From the NCBI GenBank assembly GCA_944338165.1, contig CALVLN010000006.1, positions 11,446 to 75,445 of the forward strand: a DNA stretch of 64,000 nucleotides, written 5' to 3'. Numbering within the stretch: position 1 is the first letter of the stretch; the number at the start of each line of letters is the position of its first letter. The translations under genes were made by a program, and so were the position numbers. Positions 16,269 to 24,270 of the stretch are shown piece by piece. This stretch comes from an uncultured Clostridia bacterium (GTDB taxonomy: Bacteria; Bacillota; Clostridia; Christensenellales; Borkfalkiaceae). The notes beneath the pieces were generated by a model. That model was not told where the DNA came from. It made no database searches and saw only the letters and a list, made by a program, of their open reading frames with translations.

Positions 16269-18569
16269 ATGCGCAAAACAAAAAAGATCGTGATGGCGTC
16301 GCTGCTGGCGGCGCTGTCTGTGGGGACGCTCGCCCTTACGGCGTGCGACGGGGAATTTACCCCGCTTGACGGCATTCCCCAGGGCGAGGTCGTTTCCAAC
16401 GGGGGCTTCGTCGTCGAAAAAGGCGACTACGTCTACTTCATCAACGGCGTGGAGACGTATACCTCCGACAATACCTACGGAAACGTGGTCAAGGGCGCGC
16501 TCATGCGTTCGAAGAAGGCGGACATCCTCGCGGGCGATGCAGAGGCGGAGACGGTGGTCCCGTCGCTCATGGTGGCGGCGGATTATACGTCCGGCATCTA
16601 TATTTACGGCGAGCGCGTCTATTACGCGACGCCCAACAACGTCCGCAATACGGAGGGCATGATCGAGTACGATTACCTTGACTTCAAGAGCGCCAGGCTC
16701 GACGGGTCGGACGTGCGGTCCTATTTCCGCGTGGCAGACAACGCCACCGCGTACCGCTTCGTGCAGGCGGGCGCGGACGACGCCGTTTACGTATTGTATG
16801 CCGACGAAAGCGATCTCCGTTCGTACAACACGGAGACGGGCGACGATACGCTGCTGGCGATGAACACCACGAGCTACGTATTCAACGCCGCGAACGTGGA
16901 AGATCCCGTGGTCTACTATACGATGAACGTCACCGACGACATCGATACCGACAATCCCAATCAGCTCAAATATACGCAGGTCTACCGCGTTTCGGCGGAC
17001 GCCACCGAGGCGCCCTATGAGTACACGTTCCGTCAGGAATACCTCGACGAACACGACGGCGAGGCGCCTTACGTCAACCTCGGCACGCTCGTCCTCGACG
17101 GCGTCGGCGTCAACGGGATCGACGAAAAAGGCAACGCCACGCAGTTCACGCAGGACCTCGCCGAAGGCGTGCAGCCGCTCACCCCGAACGGGTACACCTA
17201 TACGCTTCAGTCGTATGAGAACGACGGGCTGTACTTCACCCGCACGGAAGTGACGAGCACGAGCACGACGGGGGAGGACGGCTGGCTGTATTACCTCGCC
17301 GCGGCCGAACTTGACGCCGATTGGAATTCCGTCACGGGCAATGCGGCGGAGCATCTCGATGTCGTCGCCCAGAACACGGAGAACACCGCTTCCAACGCCG
17401 TCTTCTACATCGACGAGCAGGGCGGGCATCATTACCTGTACGTAAAGGACGCGGTCATCAACCGCGCGGACGTCGGGGAAAACGGCGTGGCGACCGTGCA
17501 GCGCATCGCGCGCAACGTCTCGGGTGCGACGCTCATGTTCCTCGATGATACGAGCGACCCCGATTACGGGTACGTCTACTTCAACCGCACCAGCGGGAGC
17601 GGGCTTTCCGTCGAGCGCGCCGTCTACACGGGCAGCGCCGCCGATTACAGCAACCTCGAGCGCGATCCGAACTATCAGCCCGTCAAGCTCCTCGACGTGC
17701 AGCATGCCTCCTCCTGGTATGAATACGAGGTGATCGACGGCGTCGTCTACTACGCGGATACCGATTCTTCTTACGCGAACTCGCTCAATTACATCTCTGC
17801 CGTCAATCTCAACTCGGAAAACGGCCTCATGACGAACGGCGAGATCGAGGAGCTGACCGAGCTTTACGAAGAAGTGGTCGACTATATCAACGAGATCTCT
17901 GACGACAACGTGACGCTTTCCACGGCGCTCACCGTCTATTTCTACTCGGGTTCGACGCAGTATTTCAAGGACAACATCGACTTTGCGGTGGAGAACGGCA
18001 AAGAGGAGGATTATCTCTACGATGAAGAGACGCAAAAGGCGTTCTACGCCTTTGCGGACGAGGGCAAGGAGGGCGACGAAGAACTTTCCTTCAAAGATCA
18101 CCGCACCCGCAGCTCCTTCATCACGCAGCTCGGCAAATTCAGCGAAGCGGATCAGGAAGCGTACGATACCTATTGGACGAACAAACTCGAGCATTATACG
18201 GTAGCCGAAACGGGCAGCGGGCTGCCCGGCTGGGCGTGGGCGCTCATCGGCGTCGGCATCGCGCTCGTCGTCACGGCGGCGGTGCTCATCCCCGTATTCG
18301 TCATCCGCGCCAAGAAGAAGAAAGCGGCGCAGCAGCCGAAGAAGCAGCTTCTCGCCGTCGATACCACGGACGACCGCAGCGTGGACGTGTACGCGACGGA
18401 GGAACCGGAGCCCGCAGAGCCGGAGGAACCGGCAGAGGAGCCGGAAGTGCCCGCGGAAGATCTTGCGGATGCGGAGGCAGAGCCGGTCGATGACCTGCCT
18501 GCAGAGGAATCCGAGCAGCCCGCGGAAGAGCCCGCGGAGGACGCTGCGGAGGATCCCGAACAGAATTGA
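16269..18569 (+). CDS. lipoprotein with beta-propeller-like (DUF5050-like) repeats, a C-terminal TM helix and an acidic Pro/Glu tail
   Basis: Signal peptide with lipobox MRKTKKIVMASLLAALSVGTLALTAC. Recurrent aromatic YY/YF repeats. TM WAWALIGVGIALVVTAAVLIPVFVI followed by RAKKKK and an EEPEPAEPEEPAEEPE tail. AAGGAG RBS before the ATG at 16269. Confidence 0.75.
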   Translation: MRKTKKIVMASLLAALSVGTLALTACDGEFTPLDGIPQGEVVSNGGFVVEKGDYVYFINGVETYTSDNTYGNVVKGALMRSKKADILAGDAEAETVVPSLMVAADYTSGIYIYGERVYYATPNNVRNTEGMIEYDYLDFKSARLDGSDVRSYFRVADNATAYRFVQAGADDAVYVLYADESDLRSYNTETGDDTLLAMNTTSYVFNAANVEDPVVYYTMNVTDDIDTDNPNQLKYTQVYRVSADATEAPYEYTFRQEYLDEHDGEAPYVNLGTLVLDGVGVNGIDEKGNATQFTQDLAEGVQPLTPNGYTYTLQSYENDGLYFTRTEVTSTSTTGEDGWLYYLAAAELDADWNSVTGNAAEHLDVVAQNTENTASNAVFYIDEQGGHHYLYVKDAVINRADVGENGVATVQRIARNVSGATLMFLDDTSDPDYGYVYFNRTSGSGLSVERAVYTGSAADYSNLERDPNYQPVKLLDVQHASSWYEYEVIDGVVYYADTDSSYANSLNYISAVNLNSENGLMTNGEIEELTELYEEVVDYINEISDDNVTLSTALTVYFYSGSTQYFKDNIDFAVENGKEEDYLYDEETQKAFYAFADEGKEGDEELSFKDHRTRSSFITQLGKFSEADQEAYDTYWTNKLEHYTVAETGSGLPGWAWALIGVGIALVVTAAVLIPVFVIRAKKKKAAQQPKKQLLAVDTTDDRSVDVYATEEPEPAEPEEPAEEPEVPAEDLADAEAEPVDDLPAEESEQPAEEPAEDAAEDPEQN

Positions 18570-18571
18570 TG

Positions 18572-18605
18572 AAAAAATACCTGCAGATCCTGCAGGTATT
18601 TTTTT
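18572..18605 (+). terminator. intrinsic terminator
   Basis: AAAAAATACCTGCAG-ATC-CTGCAGGTATTTTTT perfect hairpin. Confidence 0.85.
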
Positions 18606-18676
18606 GCGTTTGCGCGCGGTGCGGAAAAAAATCGGCGGGAAAATTTGATTTTCCCGAAAAAGACTGCAAAAAACGG

Positions 18677-18705
18677 TTTACAAATATACAAAATCCTAAT
18701 ATAAT
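18677..18705 (+). promoter_or_regulatory. sigma-A-type promoter
   Basis: TTTACA (18677-18682), 17 nt, TATAAT (18700-18705). Confidence 0.55.
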
Positions 18706-18768
18706 TTATTAGCCGACCGGGAAGCGGGCATGCCCGCACGGGCCCGCGGCATGCAGGAGGAAAAAGAG

Positions 18769-19260
18769 ATGGTACGGTATATCAAGTGTCCGCGCTGCGA
18801 ACTCAACTATATCGATGCGGATAAGCAGGAGTATTGCGACGTCTGCCTGAAAGAGATGAAGGGGATCCCCACGGATACGGACGAGATCGAACGCGAAGAG
18901 GACGATACGCCCACCGAACTTTGCCCCGTCTGCGGCGAGAACATGATGCGCGCAGGGGAGAAAATGTGCGAGGAATGCCGCAAGAAGGCGGAGTATGAGG
19001 AGGAAGATCCCGATCCCGAGCAGGACGATGAGGAGTGGCGCGAGTATCTCGACGACGACACCGACATCGGCATCGACGGCGACATCGGCGAGATCGACGA
19101 ATCGTTTGACGACGACTTCGACGAGGAAGAGGAGGAAGAAGAGGAGTACCGCGACGACGAGGAGGACCTCGATTACGTGACGGGAGACGAGATCTATTCC
19201 CTCACCGACGACGATGACGACGAGGATGAGGACGACGACAAGAAGGACGACGATTTCTGA
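18769..19260 (+). CDS. double zinc-ribbon protein with a hyper-acidic C-terminal tail
   Basis: CPRC..(12)..CDVC and CPVC..(11)..CEEC. The last 90 aa or so are about 60 percent Asp/Glu by my count. AGGAGG RBS before the ATG at 18769. Confidence 0.7.
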   Translation: MVRYIKCPRCELNYIDADKQEYCDVCLKEMKGIPTDTDEIEREEDDTPTELCPVCGENMMRAGEKMCEECRKKAEYEEEDPDPEQDDEEWREYLDDDTDIGIDGDIGEIDESFDDDFDEEEEEEEEYRDDEEDLDYVTGDEIYSLTDDDDDEDEDDDKKDDDF

Positions 19261-19272
19261 TATCGGCAGACG

Positions 19273-19301
19273 GACGGGGCGCGGCGGCGCCCCGTCTTTT
19301 T
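19273..19301 (+). terminator. intrinsic terminator
   Basis: GACGGGGCGC...GCGCCCCGTC hairpin followed by T5. Confidence 0.8.
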
Positions 19302-19311
19302 CGTCCTTCGC

Positions 19312-19340
19312 TTGACGCGGGCGGGCAGGCGGGGTATAAT
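19312..19340 (+). promoter_or_regulatory. sigma-A promoter for comFC
   Basis: TTGACG (19312-19317), 17 nt, TATAAT (19335-19340). The ATG follows 6 nt later. Confidence 0.6.
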
Positions 19341-19346
19341 GGAGGC

Positions 19347-20072
19347 ATGAACGTCTTTTCGCGCCTGATCGGGCGCATGTGCGAATTTTTCCGCACGCAC
19401 AATTTCACCTGCGACGTCTGCGGGCGCGAAGTGTTCGAAAACGAACGGATCTGCCGCGCCTGCCATGCAGCGCTCCCGCACAACGGCGGCCCCGTCTGCC
19501 CGTTCTGCGGGCGCAGCGTCGCCGAGGGCGGGGCATGCCTCGAATGCAAGCAGAAGCCGCTCGTCGTCAAAAAGGCGCGTTCCGCGCTGCTGCACGCGGG
19601 GGAAGCGGCGCACCTCGTGCTGCGGTTCAAGCGGGGCGACCGCTACCTTTTCCGCACGCTCGCAGAGCTGCTCCTGCCGCTTGCGGGGGAATTTTCGCCC
19701 GATGCGGTCGTCGGCGTTCCCATGACGGAGAAGGCGGAACGGGCGCGCGGGTATAATCAGTCGTATCTGCTCGCCCGGGAATACGCCCGCCTGACCGCGC
19801 TTCCCTACCTCGAGGCTGCGGAAAAACGGCGGGAGACGCAGCCGCAGAAGTCGTTGGGCAGGGCGGAACGGGAAAAGAACCTCGAGGGCTGTTTCCGCGT
19901 CACCGACCGCGCGGCGGTCAGGGGCAAGGCGCTCCTCATCGTGGATGATACCATGACGACGGGCAGCACGGCATCCGAGCTCGCCTCCGTTCTGCTGCGC
20001 GCGGGCGCCGTCCGCTGCGATCTGCTTACCGTCACGAGCGTCCCGCAAAAAATTTTGCCGCGGCGCGATTAA
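19347..20072 (+). CDS. comFC: ComF-family protein (ComFC-like phosphoribosyltransferase)
   Basis: N-terminal Cys-rich zinc-finger region (CDVCG...CRAC...CPFCG...CLEC) and a PRTase motif LLIVDDTMTTGST. Confidence 0.85.
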   Translation: MNVFSRLIGRMCEFFRTHNFTCDVCGREVFENERICRACHAALPHNGGPVCPFCGRSVAEGGACLECKQKPLVVKKARSALLHAGEAAHLVLRFKRGDRYLFRTLAELLLPLAGEFSPDAVVGVPMTEKAERARGYNQSYLLAREYARLTALPYLEAAEKRRETQPQKSLGRAEREKNLEGCFRVTDRAAVRGKALLIVDDTMTTGSTASELASVLLRAGAVRCDLLTVTSVPQKILPRRD

Positions 20073-20179
20073 AGGCGTCCCGCGGCGGGTATGAATAAAC
20101 CGAGGAGGGGAGAGGGCAGAAACGCCCGGCCCCGACTCCATCCTTTTATCTGTTCTTTGGCATCCCTCTGAAAATCGGA

Positions 20180-20213
20180 AAGGGCGCACGGCGAAAGCCG
20201 CGCGCCCTTTTCG
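20180..20213 (+). terminator. intrinsic terminator (about 108 nt after the comFC stop)
   Basis: GGGCGC-ACGGC-GAAA-GCCG-CGCGCCC composite stem followed by TTTT. Confidence 0.7.
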
Positions 20214-20372
20214 CTCCCGCCGCGCATGAACGGTCTGCGGGGCGCATAGGATATCACAGGCGGCGCGTTCCCGCTTTTCCCGCGGGGAGGCGGTTTCGAC
20301 AAAAAAACGCAAAAAAGCGGAAGATCCCGCAAATTATCCGCCGCGGAATCCAATATGATATAGGTGTTGCCG

Positions 20373-21140
20373 ATGAAAGTGCTCATGGTGCGTCTGAGAT
20401 ACGTGTTTCTGGCGGCGGCCGTCGCCTTCGCCGCCGTGGCGGCCGTCTTTGCCGTGCGCGGCGCCGAGGCCGCGGACGTTTACTGGAACGGCGCGGGGCG
20501 GTCCTTGCCCATTTACAGCGTGGAGCGGACGGACAAAAAGATCGCCATCACCTTTGACTGCGCCTGGGGAACGGACCATACCGACGCCATTCTCTCCGCC
20601 CTGGAGGCAGGGGGCGTGCGGGCGACCTTCTTCATGACGCAGTTCTGGGTAGAGACCAATCCCGATCACGTAAAGAAGATCGACGCGGCCGGGCATGAGA
20701 TCGGCACGCACAGCGCCACGCACTCACACATGTCCGCGCAGAGCGAGGAGGAGATCCGCGCGGAGCTGAGCTCCTCTTCCCGGGCGATCGAAGCGGTCAC
20801 GGGGAAGGACGTTTCGCTCTTCCGCCCGCCCTTCGGCGATTACGACGATCTCCTCATCGATACGTCCAACGACATGGGGCTGTACCCCGTGCAATGGGAC
20901 GTTGATTCCCTCGATTGGAAGGAGCTGTCCGCGCAGGACATCGTCTCCCGCATCGTGGGCAGGGTGAAGGCGGGCTCGATCATCCTCTGCCACAACGACG
21001 GCAGGCACACGGCGGAGGCGCTCCCCGCCGTCCTCGACACGCTGAAGGCGAGGGGGTACGAGTTCGTGCCCGTGGGGGAGCTCATTTACAGGGACGGCTA
21101 TACCATAGATCCTTCCGGCAGGCAGGTAAAAAACGCCTGA
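20373..21140 (+). CDS. polysaccharide deacetylase family protein (PdaA/PdaB-like)
   Basis: NodB motifs FDCAWG, TFFMT, HEIGTHS.TH and LFRPPFG. N-terminal signal/anchor. ATG at 20373; the track used GTG at 20364. Confidence 0.85.
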   Translation: MKVLMVRLRYVFLAAAVAFAAVAAVFAVRGAEAADVYWNGAGRSLPIYSVERTDKKIAITFDCAWGTDHTDAILSALEAGGVRATFFMTQFWVETNPDHVKKIDAAGHEIGTHSATHSHMSAQSEEEIRAELSSSSRAIEAVTGKDVSLFRPPFGDYDDLLIDTSNDMGLYPVQWDVDSLDWKELSAQDIVSRIVGRVKAGSIILCHNDGRHTAEALPAVLDTLKARGYEFVPVGELIYRDGYTIDPSGRQVKNA

Positions 21141-21182
21141 GCGGGGAGGACGGCGTACGGAAAAATACTTTTGGAGGTTGCT

Positions 21183-21869
21183 ATGGATCACAATGCGGAA
21201 AAGAACAACAAAGTTTATCTGATGGGCGAGATCGTCTCGGAAGCGGTGTTCTCGCACGAGGTATACGGGGAAGGATTTTACGAATTTTACGTCAAAGTCA
21301 TGCGCCTTTCCGGGCAGGCGGATATCCTGCCCGTGACCATTTCCGAACGGCTCATCCGCGGGCACGATCTGCACGTGGGCAGCACGCTCTGCGCGCTGGG
21401 GCAGTTCCGCAGCTATAACAAGCTGGAGGGCGGCCGTTCGCGGCTCATGCTCACCGTGTTCGTGCGCGAACTCATCGACGAGGCGCCCTCCAAGAACCCC
21501 AACAGCATCGTCCTTTCCGGCTATCTGTGCAAGCCGCCCGTCTATCGGACCACGCCCTTCAACCGTGAGATCGCAGACATGCTGGTGGCGGTCAACCGCG
21601 CCTATAACAAGTCCGACTATATCCCCTGCATCGCGTGGGGCCGCAACGCGCGCTTCGTGCAGAATCTGCGCGTGGGCGACCGCATCGCCCTCTCGGGGCG
21701 CATCCAGAGCCGCGAGTATCAGAAGAAGCTTTCCGAGTTCGAATCGGTCACCATGACGGCATACGAGGTATCCGTGTCCAAACTTGCCGCCTTTGACGAG
21801 AGCGAAGCCTTTGACCTGGAAGGGGAGTTCGATCTCTATGCCATGCCCCGCAGCGATGCGCAGCACTGA
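21183..21869 (+). CDS. SSB-like protein with two tandem OB-fold-like halves
   Basis: NKVYLMGEIVSEAVF...YEFYVKV...ILPVTISERL and NSIVLSGYLCKPPVYR...IPCIAWGRNARFV..LRVGDRIALSGRIQSREY both follow the SSB OB pattern. GGAGG RBS before the ATG at 21183. Confidence 0.6.
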   Translation: MDHNAEKNNKVYLMGEIVSEAVFSHEVYGEGFYEFYVKVMRLSGQADILPVTISERLIRGHDLHVGSTLCALGQFRSYNKLEGGRSRLMLTVFVRELIDEAPSKNPNSIVLSGYLCKPPVYRTTPFNREIADMLVAVNRAYNKSDYIPCIAWGRNARFVQNLRVGDRIALSGRIQSREYQKKLSEFESVTMTAYEVSVSKLAAFDESEAFDLEGEFDLYAMPRSDAQH

Positions 21870-21969
21870 CGCGCGATTTGTCCGCCGTCCCTTGACAAAG
21901 GGCGGCGGATGTCGTATAATCGGACTATAAGGGCTGCACCCGTACCGCAGCCGCCGCAAAGGGGGAAGC

Positions 21970-22791
21970 ATGAAACGAAAGAGGAGCGCGCTTGAGGTGC
22001 GCGAAGGGATCCAGCGCGTTCTGGAGCAAAACCGACGGTTTGATTACGATTATATCCCGTTCGGCGATACGTGGGTGATCCCCGACGAGAGGACGGCGTA
22101 CCGGCCCGATCTGTTCGGGCGCATCGCGGGCGGCTTTTTCCGCACCGTCGAATGCCTGTTCGGGCCGCTGATCATCAAGCTCGTCTACGGGGCAAAGCTC
22201 GTCGGCAGGGAAAATCTGAAGGCGCTCGGGGGCAAGGGGGCGATCACCGTCTGCAATCACTTCTCCTTCCTCGATACGCTCTTTTTGCGCCATGCCGTCG
22301 GGCATTATCGCTCCTATTGCACCGCCGCGCCCTGGAACAACAAGCGCGGGCTCGCCGGCTGGTTCCTGCGCGTCAGCGGCGTGCTGCCGTTCAGCCCCAA
22401 TCTCATTGCCACGCGCAATCTGTGGCAGGAGATGGAGCGCCTGCTTTCCGACGGCAAGTATATCAACTTCTATCCCGAACAGGCCATGTGGGTAAATTAC
22501 AGGAAGCCACGCCCCATGAAGGAGGGCGCCTTCCGCTTCGCGGTCAAATACGGCGTGCCCGTGCTGCCCGTCTTCTGCACGTTTGACAAGGGGCGCCGCG
22601 GCAACATCCGCCGCATGCGCATCCATATCCTGCCTGCAATTTATGCGGACGAGTCGCTCCCCAAAGGGGCGCGCGCGCAGCGCATGCTCGAGCAAGCGCA
22701 GGAGAGCTGGCGTACCTGTTACGAACGGGCGTACGGCATCCCGCTCACGTACCTCGACGACGTGCGCAAAAATCCGCATCGCCGCAAATAA
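21970..22791 (+). CDS. 1-acyl-sn-glycerol-3-phosphate (lysophospholipid) acyltransferase family protein
   Basis: PlsC-type HX4D block (CNHFSFLDT) and YPEQ/EG motifs. TTGACA/TATAAT promoter upstream. Confidence 0.85.
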   Translation: MKRKRSALEVREGIQRVLEQNRRFDYDYIPFGDTWVIPDERTAYRPDLFGRIAGGFFRTVECLFGPLIIKLVYGAKLVGRENLKALGGKGAITVCNHFSFLDTLFLRHAVGHYRSYCTAAPWNNKRGLAGWFLRVSGVLPFSPNLIATRNLWQEMERLLSDGKYINFYPEQAMWVNYRKPRPMKEGAFRFAVKYGVPVLPVFCTFDKGRRGNIRRMRIHILPAIYADESLPKGARAQRMLEQAQESWRTCYERAYGIPLTYLDDVRKNPHRRK

Positions 22792-22824
22792 AAAATCCCA
22801 TCCGCGTTAGCGGAGGGGATTTTA
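22791..22824. terminator. bidirectional stem-loop between convergent genes
   Basis: ATCCCATCCGC-GTTA-GCGGAGGGGAT flanked by A-runs and T-runs. Confidence 0.7.
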
Positions 22825-24204
22825 TCATTTTTTCTGTTCGCGGTCGTATTTCACGCGTTCCGTCTGTTCCCATTCCAGGCTGGTGCGCGCATAGACGCGG
22901 CTCTGGATGAAGATGGGGAAGTATTCGAGCATGAAGAAGGGGGAAAACAGCAATGTCGCCAGCCGTTCGCCCGCGGAGATGCGGGAAAAGGCGTCCCAGA
23001 AGGAGAGCATGGCGAGCAGCGAATAGAGCAGGATGATGACGTACATGACGGCGGCGGGCAGGGCGGTCAGCCACAGCAGACAGGGGATCCAGAGATCCTG
23101 CCCGCAGAAGGCGTAATAGATCGCCATGCCGGCGCCCGCGCACATCGTCAGGATCGTGGTCACGATGAAGAGGATGACGGGGTAGAGGGAGAAGAAGTAT
23201 TCAAACTCGCCCGCGGTCATGGCGCCGCGCGCCTTGGCCTGTTCGCGGATGCGCTTCTTGTACATGCGGTCGCATTGGGAAAACCCGGTGACCCAGCGCA
23301 GGCGGCGGTTGTAGCTGTCCTTGTGGTGGATGACCTCCTCGGCATAGAGGATGGCGTAGGGGTAATACATGGACGTGAACCCCTTAAGGAAGCAGTCCAT
23401 GCGCAGTTCGTAATCCTCGGTGAGGGTGCGGTAAGGCCAGCCGCCGATGGCGCGGATCACGTCCTTTCGGATCATCATGCCCTGCCCGCACATGTTCATG
23501 GGGATCCCCTTGCGGGTGCGGTACGTATTGGCGAGGTCGTCCAGCTGCGGATAGGTGAGCGCCGAGCAGTTGGAAAAGACGCTGCGCGACGACTTGCCGC
23601 CGAGGAAATTTTTGATGCGCTTGCGGGAGAGATAGATCTGATAGGGATGTTCGAGCGCGTTGTTGAGTTCGGTGACGTAATCGGTCTCGAGCACGTCGTC
23701 CGCGTCGATGATGCAGAACGCTTCGTATTGCGCAAATTCTTCTTCCGTGAGCGCCTTGAAGTACCCGTCCAGCGCGGCGCCCTTGCAGGTCTGCTTTTCC
23801 ACCACGAACACGCGCGCGCCGATGCGCCGCGCCATCTCCACCGTGGGATCGTTGGGATCTTTGACGATGACGTTGACGTCAAAGTACGCGCGGTCGTAAT
23901 CCTGCCGCTCGATGGAGGCAAACAGGTCGCCGATGATGCGGCCCTCGTTTCTCGCGGGTATGACGAGGGATATCTTCCGCTTTTCTTTTGCGATAAGATG
24001 GGGCGGTTTTTTGAACGCGTAGCACAGCTGTATCAGCTTGGGGATGTATAAGACCACCGCAAGCAGAGAGAAAAACAGGTACGCGATGAAGACGGATTTG
24101 ATCACAAAGGGGTCCCCGGTATCATGTTTCATTTGCGCAACGGATGCGTGCACAAATATATTATACCCCGCGGCGCGCCGTTTTGTCAATGTTTTGCATG
24201 ACAT
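22825..24204 (-). CDS. membrane-embedded family 2 glycosyltransferase (processive synthase-like)
   Basis: VIPARNEG, IIDADDV and RRLRWVTG (Q/RxxRW-type), plus an N-terminal TM and C-terminal TM helices. The start is uncertain (24204 or the ATG at 24132). Confidence 0.85.
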   Translation of the reverse strand: MSCKTLTKRRAAGYNIFVHASVAQMKHDTGDPFVIKSVFIAYLFFSLLAVVLYIPKLIQLCYAFKKPPHLIAKEKRKISLVIPARNEGRIIGDLFASIERQDYDRAYFDVNVIVKDPNDPTVEMARRIGARVFVVEKQTCKGAALDGYFKALTEEEFAQYEAFCIIDADDVLETDYVTELNNALEHPYQIYLSRKRIKNFLGGKSSRSVFSNCSALTYPQLDDLANTYRTRKGIPMNMCGQGMMIRKDVIRAIGGWPYRTLTEDYELRMDCFLKGFTSMYYPYAILYAEEVIHHKDSYNRRLRWVTGFSQCDRMYKKRIREQAKARGAMTAGEFEYFFSLYPVILFIVTTILTMCAGAGMAIYYAFCGQDLWIPCLLWLTALPAAVMYVIILLYSLLAMLSFWDAFSRISAGERLATLLFSPFFMLEYFPIFIQSRVYARTSLEWEQTERVKYDREQKK

Positions 24205-24270
24205 TTTCCCCGCGGGAAATCGGCGGAAAAAATCCCCGCGGGCATGCCCGCGGGGAAGCGTCGGTCCGAT

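Noticed and set aside
16176-18194. 672-aa minus-strand ORF
   Set aside because: Antisense shadow of the lipoprotein gene, which has a signal peptide, lipobox and RBS.
20090-20170. 26-codon mini-ORF (MNKPRRGEGRNARPRLHPFICSLASL) between comFC and the terminator at 20180
   Set aside because: No RBS and no recognisable peptide. More likely a 3' UTR. An sRNA cannot be excluded but nothing supports one.
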